Notes: a model not told the origin generated them from the sequence alone. A stretch of DNA of 64,000 bases from Alphaproteobacteria bacterium (GCA_963665325.3 CAXXWS020000004.1:96001-160000); one strand, 5' to 3'. Shown: positions 19,486-31,075, counted from the stretch's first letter. Numbers and translations are program-made.

Positions 19486-20280
19486 TCATGCGAGCGTCAC
19501 CTGCACCGGTGGCAGCTCCGCGAAGCGGCCTTCGAAGGTCTGGCCGGGGGCGACCTCGGTGATGCCGGTGCAGGAGCCAGTGAAGACGATCTCACCCGCG
19601 CGGAGACGGCCGCCCGCGATCGACAACGCCTCGGCCAGCCACAGGAGCGCCACAAGCGGATGCCCTAGCACTTTCGCCCCGGTTCCGCTCGCCGCCATTG
19701 CCCCATCGCACGCGGCGACGACCGATAACGCGGAGAGGTTCCGCCGTCGCCAATCGGGAATCGGGCCGCCCCGGACGACGGCGACGTTGAGACCGTAATC
19801 CGCGACCGAGCTCATCTCGTTCAGCGGAATGTCTTCCGTAACACGTCGACCGACGATCTCGAGCGCCGTGAAACAATCGGCGATCGCCGACCCCAGCTGT
19901 TCGAGAGTCACGGACTCGCCATCGGCAGGAAAGTCCCGCGCCATCTCGAAGCCGAACTCGCATTCGACGCCGAGGAGCCCGGCGGGAACCGAAAAGGTCG
20001 CTCCGCTCGCGAGCACGTGCTCCCCCAGGACCGGTGCGTGTATCGGCCCCGTACACTTCAGCAGCCTTTGCACCTCTTCGCTTGTCGACCCGATCTTGTA
20101 ACCGCAGGTCTCGCCGTCGAGCGCCGCCACAGCGGCCGCCAAGAATGCCTCCGCGTCGCCGCGATCAGCAATGGTATGCAGTGGTAGCCGCTCGACAGTA
20201 CCGCGCCGGCGGCAATCGGCGAGTCGAGCCGCCGCTGCCGGATCCGCTGACCCCACCGCCTCAGACAAGTGTCGTCGCAT
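19486..20280 (-). CDS. 2-keto-4-pentenoate hydratase / FAH-superfamily protein
   Basis: GYKIGSTS, VECEF, ALEIV, VLGHPL.AL.WL, GEIVFTGS.TG. Confidence 0.85.
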   Translation of the reverse strand: MRRHLSEAVGSADPAAAARLADCRRRGTVERLPLHTIADRGDAEAFLAAAVAALDGETCGYKIGSTSEEVQRLLKCTGPIHAPVLGEHVLASGATFSVPAGLLGVECEFGFEMARDFPADGESVTLEQLGSAIADCFTALEIVGRRVTEDIPLNEMSSVADYGLNVAVVRGGPIPDWRRRNLSALSVVAACDGAMAASGTGAKVLGHPLVALLWLAEALSIAGGRLRAGEIVFTGSCTGITEVAPGQTFEGRFAELPPVQVTLA

Positions 20281-20293
20281 GGTGCATCCTCAG

Positions 20294-21700
20294 CTACGCC
20301 GCCAAAGGCGCTAGCGCCGGCCAATCCGCGTCGGCTTGGTAGGCCTTGCCGGCCTGGAACAGCCGGCCTTCCTCCAGGTGCCGCCCGACCAGTTGAAATC
20401 CGACCGGCACGCCCGACGCATCGAGGCCGCCGGGCAGGATCAAGGCCGGGCAGCCGGTCAGGTCTTCCGGACTGGTGTATTGGACGATGCGGGGGACGCC
20501 GTCCGGTTCCGCGCACAACGCCACAAACTCGGCGGCCGTCGGCACCGGCTTGCACATGATCGGTGCGATGTAGAGGTCGACCGACGCGAACAGTGCGGCC
20601 ATAGCGCCGCTGAATTCGTGGCGCACTATGGTCGCCCGGGCATAGTCGACGCCACTCAGCGCCAGCCCGCCGTCCAGGAACTCTGCGTAGCCGGCGCTGT
20701 AGTCGCGCTTGCGCTCCGGATAGGTGGGGCCGTGGGCGAGCGCCGCCTCGACGGCACAAAGCGCGCCCCAATGGGCCACCGCCTCGCGGGTGTCCGGCAG
20801 GGTAACCGGCACGATACTCGCCCCCCGTCCTTTTAGTAGGTCGAGACCGCGGGTGATGGCCTGGAAAACCTGCGTGTCGATTCCTTCCGAGCAATACCGC
20901 TCGTCGTAACCGATCCTGAGCCCGGCGACGCCGTCATCGATCGACGCCAGGTAGTCGGGCACGGCACCGGGCAGGCTGGTCGGATCCAGCTCGTCTCGGC
21001 CGGCGATCGCGCCCAACATGGCCGCGGCGTCCTCGACGCGCCGGGTCATAGGACCGACGTGGTCCAGGGTGTCGGAGAGCGGGAACACGCCATGGCGGCT
21101 GACTCGGCCCCAGGTCGGCTTCAGGCCGATAAGGTGATTGGCATAGCACGGGAACCGGATCGATCCGCCGGTATCCGAGCCGAGCGAGCCGAAGCAGAGG
21201 CCCGCGGCCGTCGCGGCGCCGGAGCCGCTCGACGAGGCGCCGGACCAAAGCTCCGCGCCCCAGGGGTTGACCGGCGCCACTACGTCGGGATGGTGCAGTG
21301 CAAACGCGCCTTCGGTGAGCTGCAGCTTGCCGAGCAAGACGGCTCCAGCGTCCCGAAGACGCCTTACCACCGTCGAATCCGACCGGGCGACGCGGTCCTC
21401 GAAGCCGGGAAAGCCGGCCATCGTCGGTACCCCGGTGGCATCGCAAAGGTCCTTGACCGCGATCGGCACGCCATGCAAGGTGCCGCGCGAGTTGCCGGCG
21501 GCGAGCTCGCTCTCCGCCTGCTTCGCTTCGGCCAGTGCCTGATCCGCCATCATCGTGGCGTAGCTGTGGAGGACGCCGTCGAGTTCGCCGATGCGCTCCA
21601 GCATCGCTTCGGTCAGCGCCACCGAAGAGAGCTCCCCGGCGGCCAGTTTCCGCCCAGTCGCGACGAGCCCCGCCAGAGCCAACTCCGTGTGCTTTGCCAT
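20294..21700 (-). CDS. Amidase (amidase signature family)
   Basis: LHGVPIAVKD, SGASSSGSG, LGSDTGGSIRFP, GLKPTWGRVS. Confidence 0.95.
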   Translation of the reverse strand: MAKHTELALAGLVATGRKLAAGELSSVALTEAMLERIGELDGVLHSYATMMADQALAEAKQAESELAAGNSRGTLHGVPIAVKDLCDATGVPTMAGFPGFEDRVARSDSTVVRRLRDAGAVLLGKLQLTEGAFALHHPDVVAPVNPWGAELWSGASSSGSGAATAAGLCFGSLGSDTGGSIRFPCYANHLIGLKPTWGRVSRHGVFPLSDTLDHVGPMTRRVEDAAAMLGAIAGRDELDPTSLPGAVPDYLASIDDGVAGLRIGYDERYCSEGIDTQVFQAITRGLDLLKGRGASIVPVTLPDTREAVAHWGALCAVEAALAHGPTYPERKRDYSAGYAEFLDGGLALSGVDYARATIVRHEFSGAMAALFASVDLYIAPIMCKPVPTAAEFVALCAEPDGVPRIVQYTSPEDLTGCPALILPGGLDASGVPVGFQLVGRHLEEGRLFQAGKAYQADADWPALAPLAA

Positions 21701-21927
21701 TTCTCCCTCCCTCGCCGAACCGGCGTGCCGCGGTGCTCCCCGAAACCGAAACCTTCCCGCCAAGGCCAGGTACTGTCAATCGAAGGCCCTTGGCGGAGGC
21801 TTGTTGGCCGGCCAGCCGCTGACATTGACTCGAAATCATCGGTAAGTGTAGCATTTTGTCGCAGTTCGTGATGCACTGCGGTCGTTGCGGGCTGGGTGAG
21901 AACATCGCCCAAAGGGAGGAAAGCGGC

Positions 21928-23169
21928 ATGCAGGCAACTCTGAACAGGGGCGCGCGCGCGCTTCTTGGCGCGGCAGCGATCGCGTCGTTCATGATCGCGT
22001 CGGCGCAGGCACAGCAGGATCCGATCAAGATCGGTCTGCTGGAGGACCAAACCGGTGAGATCGCCATATTCACATTGCCCAAGGTCCGCGGGACCATCCT
22101 GGCGGTGGAGGAGATCAATGCCGCCGGCGGGATACTGGGCCGGCAGATCGAACTGATCGACTACGACCCGCAGTTCGACAACGCCAAGTTCCAGGAGTTC
22201 GCGCGCCGACTGCTGCAAAAAGACAAGGTCGACGTCTTGTTCGCCGGTGCGACCAGCGCTTCTCGGGAGGCGGTTCGGCCGATCGCCAACCGCTTCGACG
22301 CGCTCTATTTCTATACCAATCAATACGAAGGCGGCGTCTGCGACGCCAACGTCATCGCCACCGGCGCGGTGCCGGAACAACAATTCTCGCCGCTGATCCC
22401 CTGGATGATGGAACGTTTCGGCGGCCGGGTGTACACGATCGCCGCAGACTACAATTTCGGCCAGATATCGGCCGAATGGACCCGAGTGTTGGTGGAGGAA
22501 GGCGGCGGCGAGATCGTCGGCGAGGAGCTCATTCCGCTCGGGGTGTCACAGTTCGGCCAGACCATCCAGAACATGCAGAAAGCGAAGCCCGACTGGATCA
22601 TGGCTCTGACCGTCGGCGCGTCCCAGGACTCGTTCTTCGAGCAGGCGCATGCGGCCAAGCTCGGCATCCCCATGGCCAGCTCAATAAGGATCGCACTCGG
22701 CTTCGAGCACAAGCGCTTCGCGCCGCCAGCCCTGCAAAACATGTATGTAACCGCGAACTGGTACGAGGAGATCGACCGCGAGGACGCCAATGCGTTCAAG
22801 GCGCGTTGGCGCAAGCGTTGGCCGGACGAGACCTACATCAACCAGATGGGCCACAATGCCTATGCCGGCATCTACCTGTACAAGAAACTTGCGGAAACCG
22901 CCGGCACCACCGACAAGGACGCGATTCGCAAGGTCATCGCAAGCGGCGATGCGTGCATCGACGCGCCGGAGGGTCGGATGTGCGTCGACCCGAAGAGTCA
23001 GCACCTCTCGCACACAATCACGCTGCTCAGCGTCAATGAGGATCACTCGATCAAGACCCACGAGAAGTGGGACAAGATCGAGCCATACTGGCTGGCCAGC
23101 GTCGGATGCGATCTGACGGTCAAGGACCACAACGATCAATACACTCCGAGCTATCTGCCCGAGAAGTGA
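21928..23169 (+). CDS. urtA: Urea/short-chain amide ABC substrate-binding protein
   Basis: EEINAAGGILGRQIE, SASREAVRP, YTNQYEGG, TGAVPEQQ, ADYNFG. Confidence 0.85.
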   Translation: MQATLNRGARALLGAAAIASFMIASAQAQQDPIKIGLLEDQTGEIAIFTLPKVRGTILAVEEINAAGGILGRQIELIDYDPQFDNAKFQEFARRLLQKDKVDVLFAGATSASREAVRPIANRFDALYFYTNQYEGGVCDANVIATGAVPEQQFSPLIPWMMERFGGRVYTIAADYNFGQISAEWTRVLVEEGGGEIVGEELIPLGVSQFGQTIQNMQKAKPDWIMALTVGASQDSFFEQAHAAKLGIPMASSIRIALGFEHKRFAPPALQNMYVTANWYEEIDREDANAFKARWRKRWPDETYINQMGHNAYAGIYLYKKLAETAGTTDKDAIRKVIASGDACIDAPEGRMCVDPKSQHLSHTITLLSVNEDHSIKTHEKWDKIEPYWLASVGCDLTVKDHNDQYTPSYLPEK

Positions 23170-23198
23170 TGGCGGAGGTGAGCGGCGCGACGCGCGGC

Positions 23199-23233
23199 GC
23201 GATGTGGTCGCCGGCCTCCGGCGGCCACATCGC
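23199..23233 (+). terminator. 16-bp stem-loop after the binding-protein gene (attenuating or stabilising hairpin)
   Basis: GCGATGTGGTCGCCGG-CCT-CCGGCGGCCACATCGC; no U-tail. Confidence 0.55.
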
Positions 23234-23262
23234 CTTGCCTTGCAGCTGATGCGGGACTGTCA

Positions 23263-24138
23263 GTGATGGACCTCTTAGCCGAGGTCTTTTCGTTCGTCTT
23301 TCAGGCCGCCGACGTGTTCGCCTTTCTGGTGCTGGCGGCGAGCGGGCTGGCGATCATCTTCGGGATGATGGGGATAATCAACCTGGCGCACGGCGAGTTC
23401 ATCATGTGCGGGGCCTACGTGACGGTGATCACCGTTCAGACCGGCATGCCCCTGCCGGTGGCCATTCTCTGCGGCGCGCTCGCCGCAGGCCTGATCGGGA
23501 TCGCGCTGGAACGCACGATCATCCACCGCCTCTATGCAAGGCCGCTCGACTCGATTGTCGCGACCTGGGGCATCAGCCTGATCGTCACGCAAGGTACGCT
23601 GCTCGCGCTCGGATCGACCTGGCCCGGGATCGGCACACCGGCGGGTACCTTCTTGGTCGGCGAGTACACCTACGCCAGCTATCGCCTAGTGCTGATCGGC
23701 TCCGCCATCGCGGTTTTGGTGTTGATCTACTGGGTGTTCATGAAGACGCGGTATGGCGTCTTCGCCCGGGCGACGATGCAGCAGCCCGCAATGGCCCGGG
23801 CGCTCGGCGTCCGCACGCCGATGGTCTACAGCGTAACCTTCGGCATCGGTGCCGCGCTGGCGGGACTAACCGGCGGGTTGTTTGCGCCGACGATGACGCT
23901 GATACCGATGATGGGGATGACCTTTATCGTCGAGGCCTTCGTCACCGTCGTCGTCGGCGGTGCCGACGTGCTGCTCGGCACCGCGCCGGCGGCAATAGTA
24001 CTCGGTGTCATCAAGGCCGCGTTGACGGCCTGGTATGGCCAACTGTTCGGACAAATCGGCCTGCTTATCACCGTGGTGATCGTCATTCGCGTTCTGCCGG
24101 AAGGCATTACCGGTTGGCTCACCCGACGCAGGGCCTGA
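23263..24138 (+). CDS. urtB: Urea/branched-chain-type ABC permease
   Basis: GLAIIFGMMGIINLAHGEFIM, LDSIVATWGISL, AFVTVVVGG. Confidence 0.88.
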   Translation: MMDLLAEVFSFVFQAADVFAFLVLAASGLAIIFGMMGIINLAHGEFIMCGAYVTVITVQTGMPLPVAILCGALAAGLIGIALERTIIHRLYARPLDSIVATWGISLIVTQGTLLALGSTWPGIGTPAGTFLVGEYTYASYRLVLIGSAIAVLVLIYWVFMKTRYGVFARATMQQPAMARALGVRTPMVYSVTFGIGAALAGLTGGLFAPTMTLIPMMGMTFIVEAFVTVVVGGADVLLGTAPAAIVLGVIKAALTAWYGQLFGQIGLLITVVIVIRVLPEGITGWLTRRRA

Positions 24139-24153
24139 AGGTCCGCGTCGATC

Positions 24154-25242
24154 ATGCCGCGGTTCCTGAAGCTGCTGCACGGCGATCAGACAATCGGCCG
24201 CGGGCCGGCGTTCTGGGTCGGCTTTTGCGTTGTCCTGCTGGGGGCGCTGCTCTATCCGCTCGGTGCCGACGACTACTACGTCGGCAACACCGCTTATTTC
24301 TTCATCTGGATCTTCATGGCCCTCGGACTATCGCTAATCTGGGGCTACACCGGCATGCTGAGCTTCGGTCAGACGGCGTTCTTCGGTCTCGCCGGTTATG
24401 GCTACGGGGTAATCTCGATCAATCTCGGATCCGCCTACGGCCTGACCTTTTTCGCCCTGGTCTCTGCCGTTCTGCTGGCGGCACTGCTGGCGTTGCTGCT
24501 CGGCTATTTCATGATCTACGGGCGCATCGGCGGCGTCTTTTTCGGCATCGTGACCCTGTCTGTGACCTTCGCCTTCTCCCAGTTCCTGGCGCAGACGGCC
24601 GGCCCGCAATGGCGGATCGGCGCAGCCCGGTTAAACGGCTACAACGGCATGGGTGGTATCCTGCCGCTCAGCCTGCCCTGGTTCGGCGAGGAGATCTATA
24701 TCGAGGGCAGCATCCTCTATTACCTGCTGCTGGTGATGCTGGTCGTTTGCTACCTGGCATTGAGAATTCTGGTCAATTCCCGGTTCGGCAATGTTCTGGT
24801 GGCGATCCGCGAGAATCCCGAACGGGCCGAGATGCTGGGCTACGACATCCGAAAGTATCAGCTGGCGATCTTCGTGATCGGAGGTGCTCTGGCCGGTATC
24901 AGCGGTGCGATGTATACTTCTTGGGGTCAGTTCATCACGCCCGCCACCATGGCGCTACCGGCCGTGGCGATGCCGATCATCTGGGTCGCCGTCGGCGGCC
25001 GTAAAGACCTGACGGCGACCCTGGTCGGGACCTTTGTGCTGCTCTACGTCTTCCAGACAGTGACCGTCTACAGTCAGCAGTACGCCCTGATTTTGATGGG
25101 AGCGCTGTTGCTGCTCACCGTCCTGTTTGCGCCGTCGGGCTACGTGGTCGCGTTCGCCGAGCTGTTGCGGCGCCTGACCGGGGCGAAACCAAGGGACAAT
25201 GCGGTATCCCGGCGCGTGATACGCCGGGCCACCGATGATTGA
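24154..25242 (+). CDS. urtC: Urea/branched-chain-type ABC permease
   Basis: [37 protein letters not shown]. Confidence 0.88.
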   Translation: MPRFLKLLHGDQTIGRGPAFWVGFCVVLLGALLYPLGADDYYVGNTAYFFIWIFMALGLSLIWGYTGMLSFGQTAFFGLAGYGYGVISINLGSAYGLTFFALVSAVLLAALLALLLGYFMIYGRIGGVFFGIVTLSVTFAFSQFLAQTAGPQWRIGAARLNGYNGMGGILPLSLPWFGEEIYIEGSILYYLLLVMLVVCYLALRILVNSRFGNVLVAIRENPERAEMLGYDIRKYQLAIFVIGGALAGISGAMYTSWGQFITPATMALPAVAMPIIWVAVGGRKDLTATLVGTFVLLYVFQTVTVYSQQYALILMGALLLLTVLFAPSGYVVAFAELLRRLTGAKPRDNAVSRRVIRRATDD

Positions 25243-25251
25243 GGCGAGACG

Positions 25252-25974
25252 GTGGCATCGATCCTAGAAACCAGAAGCTTACAAAAACGATTCGGCGGCC
25301 TGCAGGCGGTCGCCAACGTCGACTTCGAGATCGACGACGGCGAACTGCATTGCCTGATCGGGCCGAACGGTGCCGGCAAAAGCACGTTGTTCAAGCTTAT
25401 TCTCGGTCGCTACCCGCCGACCGCCGGGACAATCCGCTTTCGCGGCGAGGATATAACCCACTTGCGTTCCTACGAGCGCGTCCGTCGTGGCATGAGCATC
25501 AAAATGCAGGTCCCGGGGATTTTCAAGGACCTGAGCGTCCGCCAGAATTTGGCGATTGCGCTGCAGGATCATTGCCGGCCGGCACGGCTCGCCGCCGAGA
25601 TCGACCGTCTGGCGGAGTTCGTCGATCTGACAGAACAGGCTTCGCAGCTCGCCGGCAATCTCTCGCACGGCCAACAGCAATGGCTCGAGATCGGTATGGC
25701 CGTCGCGATCAAGCCCTCGCTGTTGCTGCTTGACGAGCCGACTGCCGGCATGTCGCCGGAGGAGACCTTCAAGACCGGCGAGATGGTGCATCGGCTGAAC
25801 GCGGAGCGCATGACCATCCTGGTCGTCGAGCACGACATGACCTTCATCCGCCAGATGGCCCGCCGAATCACGGTCATGCATTTGGGGACAATCTTCGCGC
25901 AGGGCACGATGGACGAGATCACCCGACACGAGGGCGTCAGCCGAATCTATCTGGGGGAATCCCATGACGGCTGA
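25252..25974 (+). CDS. urtD: ABC ATP-binding protein (UrtD/LivG type)
   Basis: [36 protein letters not shown]. Confidence 0.9.
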   Translation: MASILETRSLQKRFGGLQAVANVDFEIDDGELHCLIGPNGAGKSTLFKLILGRYPPTAGTIRFRGEDITHLRSYERVRRGMSIKMQVPGIFKDLSVRQNLAIALQDHCRPARLAAEIDRLAEFVDLTEQASQLAGNLSHGQQQWLEIGMAVAIKPSLLLLDEPTAGMSPEETFKTGEMVHRLNAERMTILVVEHDMTFIRQMARRITVMHLGTIFAQGTMDEITRHEGVSRIYLGESHDG

Positions 25975-26677
25975 GGTGTTGCTGCTGGTGACCGGCCTGG
26001 ACGCCGGCTACGACGGTTCACAGGTTCTGCAGGGCATCGACATGACCGTCAATACAGGCGAGATCGTGGCAGTGATCGGCCGGAACGGTGTCGGCAAGAC
26101 CACTCTGATGCGTAGCCTGATCGGTTTGATCCGGGGCTCCGCCGGCAGCATCGTGTTCGAGGACGTAACTATATCCGGGATGACGGCGGACGCCCGCGCG
26201 CATCTGGGCATCGGCTACATCCCGCAAGGCCGGGATGTGTTTCCGCGGATGAGTGTCGAGGAAAACCTTCAGGTCGGCGAACTCATCAACGGCAGTCGGG
26301 CCGGCAAGCTCTACGACCTCGTCTACGACCTGTTTCCGTTGCTCAAGGAGCGGCGAAACCAGCAGGCGGGAACCATGAGCGGCGGCGAACAGCAGCAACT
26401 GGTGATCGGCCGGGCATTGATCGGCAATCCGAGCCTGATGTTGCTGGACGAGCCCTCCGAGGGCATTCAGCCGTCGATCGTCGACGACATCTGTCGGGCG
26501 ATGACGACGATCAACAAGGAACTCGGCACGACCATCCTGTTCGTCGAGCAGAACCTCAACATGATCATTCGGTTGAGCCAACGCTGCTACGTGATGGAGA
26601 AGGGCCGTATCATCGCCGAGATCTCGTCCGACGATCTTCGCGAACCGGCGGTGGTACGCAGTTACCTGCAAGTGTGA
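25964..26677 (+). CDS. urtE: ABC ATP-binding protein (UrtE/LivF type)
   Basis: GRNGVGKTT, YIPQGR, SGGEQQQL, DEPSEGIQP, VEQN. Confidence 0.9.
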   Translation: MTAEVLLLVTGLDAGYDGSQVLQGIDMTVNTGEIVAVIGRNGVGKTTLMRSLIGLIRGSAGSIVFEDVTISGMTADARAHLGIGYIPQGRDVFPRMSVEENLQVGELINGSRAGKLYDLVYDLFPLLKERRNQQAGTMSGGEQQQLVIGRALIGNPSLMLLDEPSEGIQPSIVDDICRAMTTINKELGTTILFVEQNLNMIIRLSQRCYVMEKGRIIAEISSDDLREPAVVRSYLQV

Positions 26678-26767
26678 TCGACTGCGGCGGCCCGGCCGCA
26701 TGCTTGGCCGGCGCGTAGTAGCAGGTTATATGTTTCTGAAATGTTCCATATTTCGTGAGAAGCCGCC

Positions 26768-26935
26768 ATGCGCAAGGAAGACAGCCTTCCGGCGCCGCGC
26801 GACGAAGTGCTCTTCGATATCGAGATGGCGCTCAGCAAGGAAGAGAAGCTGTGGCCGAAGCGCTACAGGCCCGGCGACCACAACCACGGTAGCCTGCTCA
26901 ACCAGCAATGCCTGCTGCACAAATTTCAAGGGTAG
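26768..26935 (+). pseudogene. Truncated paralogue of the small ORF at 34723-34977
   Basis: Shares EVLFDIEMALSKEEKLWPKR.RPGDH and about 70 bp of upstream sequence, then diverges. Confidence 0.75.
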
Positions 26936-27035
26936 GCGGGACATCCCCGGGCGGGCGCTTGACTTTCTGTTGCCTGCGACCGATTATCGCACTTGTGAGC
27001 GTTGTTTGGTCCACGAAATTTGGAGGAAAGGAAAA

Positions 27036-28046
27036 ATGAAAAAGTACCATCAACGGCTTAGGGTTATTGTCGGTCTCGTCACGGGGTTGGGACTATTCGG
27101 AACGTCGCAGGCCCAACAGGTTTGGGACATGCCGTCGATCTACCCAGCGACGAGCTTCCATGTTGTCAACTCCATGACCCCGTTCGCCGAGGAGGTGAAG
27201 AAGGTCACCAACGGCGAACTCGAACTCAAGATTCAGCCGGGCGGCACGCTGGGAATCAAGGGTTCGGAGATGCTCGTCGCGATTCGCGACGGTATTGTGA
27301 AAATTGCCGACGTTTCCCTAAACCTGTCCGCCGGGCACGAGCCTCTGTTCCGGCTCGAGGGGCTTCCCAGGATCGTGAATGGCTACTCCGAACTTGCGCT
27401 TCTGGAATTGTATTTCATCCCGAAAGTGCAGGAAATTCTCGAAAAGAAATACAATCAAAAAATTCTTACCATGGTTCCCTGGCCGGCCCAGTACCTGCAC
27501 CTGAAGAACCCGGTCAGCAACCTCAGCGAATTGCGCGGCGTGAAGATCCGGTGCGGAGCAAGGTCCGAAGCTGAGTTGTTCGGCGCCGTGGGACTGGCGG
27601 CGCTGGTGCTCCCGTGGGGAGAGGTAGTACCGTCCTTGGCCGCCGGCACCATTGAAGGAGTTGTGACCTCGACCAGCTCCGGTGTTGATGGCAAGTTCTG
27701 GGAGTTCATGAAGGTTGCCTATCCCACTGGTCACGTCTGGAACTCCCAGGCCATCAGCGTCAACCTGGACGCTTGGAAGTCGCTGAAGCCGGAGCACCGT
27801 GAGGCCATTTCATCGGCTTCCCGCAGGCTTCAACCCCAGTTCTGGGAGCGGAGCAGGCAAGAGGATCTGGCGAGGTCGGAAATACTCCGGAAGAACGGCT
27901 ACACGGTCGCTACGGAACTGCCGGCGGGGCTGGCTGAAGCGCTGGATCGGGAGGCCGCGCCGCTGATCAAGGACTACATGAGCAAGACGCCGGGCGCGAA
28001 AGAGATCATCGAGCCGTATCTCAAGGTCCTCGGCAGAAAGCTGTAA
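27036..28046 (+). CDS. dctP: TRAP transporter substrate-binding protein
   Basis: RBS GGAGGAAAGG, signal peptide, TNGELELKIQPGG.LG, LRGVKIR, PWGEV..L..G.IEG. Confidence 0.9.
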   Translation: MKKYHQRLRVIVGLVTGLGLFGTSQAQQVWDMPSIYPATSFHVVNSMTPFAEEVKKVTNGELELKIQPGGTLGIKGSEMLVAIRDGIVKIADVSLNLSAGHEPLFRLEGLPRIVNGYSELALLELYFIPKVQEILEKKYNQKILTMVPWPAQYLHLKNPVSNLSELRGVKIRCGARSEAELFGAVGLAALVLPWGEVVPSLAAGTIEGVVTSTSSGVDGKFWEFMKVAYPTGHVWNSQAISVNLDAWKSLKPEHREAISSASRRLQPQFWERSRQEDLARSEILRKNGYTVATELPAGLAEALDREAAPLIKDYMSKTPGAKEIIEPYLKVLGRKL

Positions 28047-28145
28047 CCTCCTTCCCGTGTTGACGGGACCAGGGACCAAGGCCCGGGGGGTGTATCGCCA
28101 CTCCCCGGGATTCCTCGGCCCATTGTCCTGTTTGAAAGACATGCC

Positions 28146-28676
28146 ATGGTTTCCGTGGGCGTGAGGCGCGTCCTGGCGGTCATCGATTGGTTGTCACTGG
28201 CGGGCGCCGTGATCGCCGCCATCATGATCTTCGCCATTGCGGTCTTGATCTTGGGAGAGGTCGCCATTCGGGTATTTCGCCACACCATGCCTTTTGCCTG
28301 GGAATATGGAGGCTATCTGAATGGCGCGGTCTTTTTCCTTGCCGCCGCCTATACGATCCGCACTGGTGGCCACATCCGCGTGACCCTCGTACAGGGAAGA
28401 GTTTCTTCGACGACGAGCCGATCACTGGAAATTCTTGTCACGATTTTCGGTTTGTGCGTCGCCGGGCTACTGTCGGTTAGCTTGAGCCAATACGCCTACG
28501 AAAGCTACGTCGCCGGTGTGACCTCGGATACCATCATGGCAACTCCCCTGGTCTTTCCGAAATCGGCGCTGGCCGTGGGAGCGATCCTCCTCACCCTGCA
28601 GATGGCCGCCAGGCTGGTGCGCCTGTTGTTGGGAGATGCGCCGGATGCGGACGCGGCCGACGAACTCGGAGTCTAG
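28146..28676 (+). CDS. dctQ: TRAP small permease
   Basis: Four hydrophobic segments, WEYGGY, GGHIRVT. Confidence 0.9.
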   Translation: MVSVGVRRVLAVIDWLSLAGAVIAAIMIFAIAVLILGEVAIRVFRHTMPFAWEYGGYLNGAVFFLAAAYTIRTGGHIRVTLVQGRVSSTTSRSLEILVTIFGLCVAGLLSVSLSQYAYESYVAGVTSDTIMATPLVFPKSALAVGAILLTLQMAARLVRLLLGDAPDADAADELGV

Positions 28677-28679
28677 TTC

Positions 28680-29984
28680 GTGACGGTTATTACCCTGTCA
28701 ACGCTCGGTCTGCTTGTTTTGTTTCTCGGCGCCAGCCTTTGGATATGGCTGGCGCTCTATTCGGTGGGTATCGGCAGCCTGTTCATTTTTCGCGACCTAC
28801 CCATCGACAAGCTCATACCGCAGGTAACTTACAAAATCGCCATCACACCGGAGCTCATGGCCCTTACCCTTTTCATTCTCATGGCGGAAATCCTTTTCAG
28901 AACCCGAATGTCGGAATCGCTCTTCAAGGGTTTGTCGCCGTGGGCCGCCTTGATGCCCGGACGCCTTCTCCACGTGACCGTCCTCGGGTGCACGTTGTTC
29001 GCCGCGGTTTCCGGGTCGTCGGCGGCGACGACGGCAGTGGTCGGACGCATCACATCGACGGAGCTGTTGAACAGGGGTTACGATCGCGACCTCGTCATCG
29101 GTTCACTTGCCGGAGCGGGCACCTTTGGACTGCTGATCCCGCCCAGTGGAATCATGATCATCTATGGGGTCCTCGCCGAGGAGTCGATTCTGAAGCTCTT
29201 TATCGCCGGCGTCATACCCGGCCTTGTCTTGGCAATGAGTTTCATGGCTTACTTGGGCATTCGGGCGGTGATGAACCCCGCTCTCGTTGCACGCGATGTC
29301 GATCCCGCCATGTCGTGGGGGCAGCGCTTGCGATCGCTCATCGATATCGCGCCAGTGATTCTGCTTGTCCTTTTCGTTATGGGCTCCATGTACGGAGGCT
29401 TCGCAACGCCATCCGAGGCGGCGGCCGTGGGCTGTCTCGGCGCGGTAATCGTTAGCGCCCTCCAAAAGACGCTCACGCCGAGAAGTTTGGCGGCAGCCTT
29501 CCTCGGCGCCGCTCGCACGATGAGCATGATCGGGCTCATCATCACGGGGGCCGTCTTCCTTTCCGTGGCACTGGGCTTCCTGGGGGTTCCCGACGCCATT
29601 GCGAAAGCCATCGCGCGGCTTGATCTTTCGCCGTTCATGCTCATCCTTCTCCTGATCGTTTTCTACGCCGTCCTGGGAATGGTGCTCGAAGGCAACTCAG
29701 CCATCATTATGACGCTGCCAATTACCCTGCCGCTGGTCTTGGCCGCCGGATTCGACAAGATTTGGTTCGGCGTTTTCCTGGTCGTGGTCGTGGAGATGGC
29801 GCAGATAACGCCGCCCGTCGGGTTCAACCTGTTCGTCATTCAAGGTCTCACGGGTGACCGGGTCGGCCGGATCGCCTATGCCGCGCTGCCGTTTTTCCTG
29901 CTCATGGCCGGCCTGTGCGTCTTGATCGTCATATTTCCGGAGATCGTCCTGTATCTCCCGGAGAGTATTCAGCTGAGGGGCTAG
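28680..29984 (+). CDS. dctM: TRAP large permease
   Basis: FAAVSGSSAAT, GLLIPPS, TPSEAAA, ITPPVGFNLFV. Confidence 0.95.
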   Translation: MTVITLSTLGLLVLFLGASLWIWLALYSVGIGSLFIFRDLPIDKLIPQVTYKIAITPELMALTLFILMAEILFRTRMSESLFKGLSPWAALMPGRLLHVTVLGCTLFAAVSGSSAATTAVVGRITSTELLNRGYDRDLVIGSLAGAGTFGLLIPPSGIMIIYGVLAEESILKLFIAGVIPGLVLAMSFMAYLGIRAVMNPALVARDVDPAMSWGQRLRSLIDIAPVILLVLFVMGSMYGGFATPSEAAAVGCLGAVIVSALQKTLTPRSLAAAFLGAARTMSMIGLIITGAVFLSVALGFLGVPDAIAKAIARLDLSPFMLILLLIVFYAVLGMVLEGNSAIIMTLPITLPLVLAAGFDKIWFGVFLVVVVEMAQITPPVGFNLFVIQGLTGDRVGRIAYAALPFFLLMAGLCVLIVIFPEIVLYLPESIQLRG

Positions 29985-29990
29985 AAGCCG

Positions 29991-30872
29991 ATGGCGGAAG
30001 CATTGGAACTTGCGGAACACATTGGGGCCGCGACGGCGGCAACCGCGGTGAGAGACCTGGACAAGGAAGGGCATCGCGACGCTGGGTTCGATCAGCGGCA
30101 CCCCGTCACGGTTCGACATGCCGCCCGTCGCGGCCTGTTGACCGGATACACCGCGCAATGTGCGCCGGGGTATGTGCAGGCCAACCTTGTCATTCTTGAC
30201 GCCTCCCATGCCGACGGGTTCACAAGGTTCTGCCAGAGAAACCCCAAGCCGTGTCCCCTGCTCGACGTTTCCGAGGTGGGGGACTTCCGGTTGCCGCGTT
30301 TGGGAAACGATCTGGACGTGCGGACCGACCTTCCAAGCTACAGGATTTGGCGGGAGGGAGAGCTGGTGGAAGAGGTCGCCGACGTGTCAGCGCTCTGGCG
30401 GGACGACCTTGTCGCCTTTGCTTTGGGGTGCGGGTTCTCCACGGACCAGGCACTGCTGAATGCGGGCATTCCGGTTCGCCATGTCGAGAGGAACGAATCC
30501 GCCGGGATGTATGTAACCAACATCGAGACGGTTGCCGCCGGTCAGTTCAAGGGCCCCATGGTCGTCACCATGAGGCCCTTGATGCCGTCGGCCGCAATTC
30601 GGGCGATCCAGGTCACAACGCGGTTTCCCCACTGCCATGGCGCGCCCATTCACATCGGGCGGCCGGAGCAGATCGGTATCAAGGATCTCCTCCGGCCCGA
30701 TTTCGGACCCAAGACGATCAAGATCCAAGACGACGAGATTCCGGTGTTCTGGGCTTGTGGCGTGACGCCCCAGGCGGTCCTGCGGTACGCCAAGCCGCCG
30801 CTGTGCATCACCCACACGCCGGGGCACATGCTGGTTACCGATCTGACCAATGATAGCCTCGCTCTCTTTTGA
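29991..30872 (+). CDS. Putative hydro-lyase / D-glutamate cyclase family (DUF1445)
   Basis: [58 protein letters not shown]. Confidence 0.9.
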   Translation: MAEALELAEHIGAATAATAVRDLDKEGHRDAGFDQRHPVTVRHAARRGLLTGYTAQCAPGYVQANLVILDASHADGFTRFCQRNPKPCPLLDVSEVGDFRLPRLGNDLDVRTDLPSYRIWREGELVEEVADVSALWRDDLVAFALGCGFSTDQALLNAGIPVRHVERNESAGMYVTNIETVAAGQFKGPMVVTMRPLMPSAAIRAIQVTTRFPHCHGAPIHIGRPEQIGIKDLLRPDFGPKTIKIQDDEIPVFWACGVTPQAVLRYAKPPLCITHTPGHMLVTDLTNDSLALF

Positions 30873-31075
30873 GACATCACGCAAGGCAATACGTCATGGG
30901 GGGCGTGAACACACCGATCAACGGCCGTGAGCAAGGCGGAAGGTGGCGGGTCCGGAGTTGCGATTCCGCCGCCGCCAACGCAACGTCGTGCGGAGCGGCT
31001 ACGCTGACGGGATCATGAGGGGGAGGACAACGTGTCCGGCGAACCGGCGAAGATGACGGCGGCACAACTATTGGG

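Noticed and set aside
26700-27035. N-terminal extension of DctP in the ORF track
   Set aside because: RBS and signal peptide place the start at 27036; the upstream DNA is the duplicated small-ORF module.
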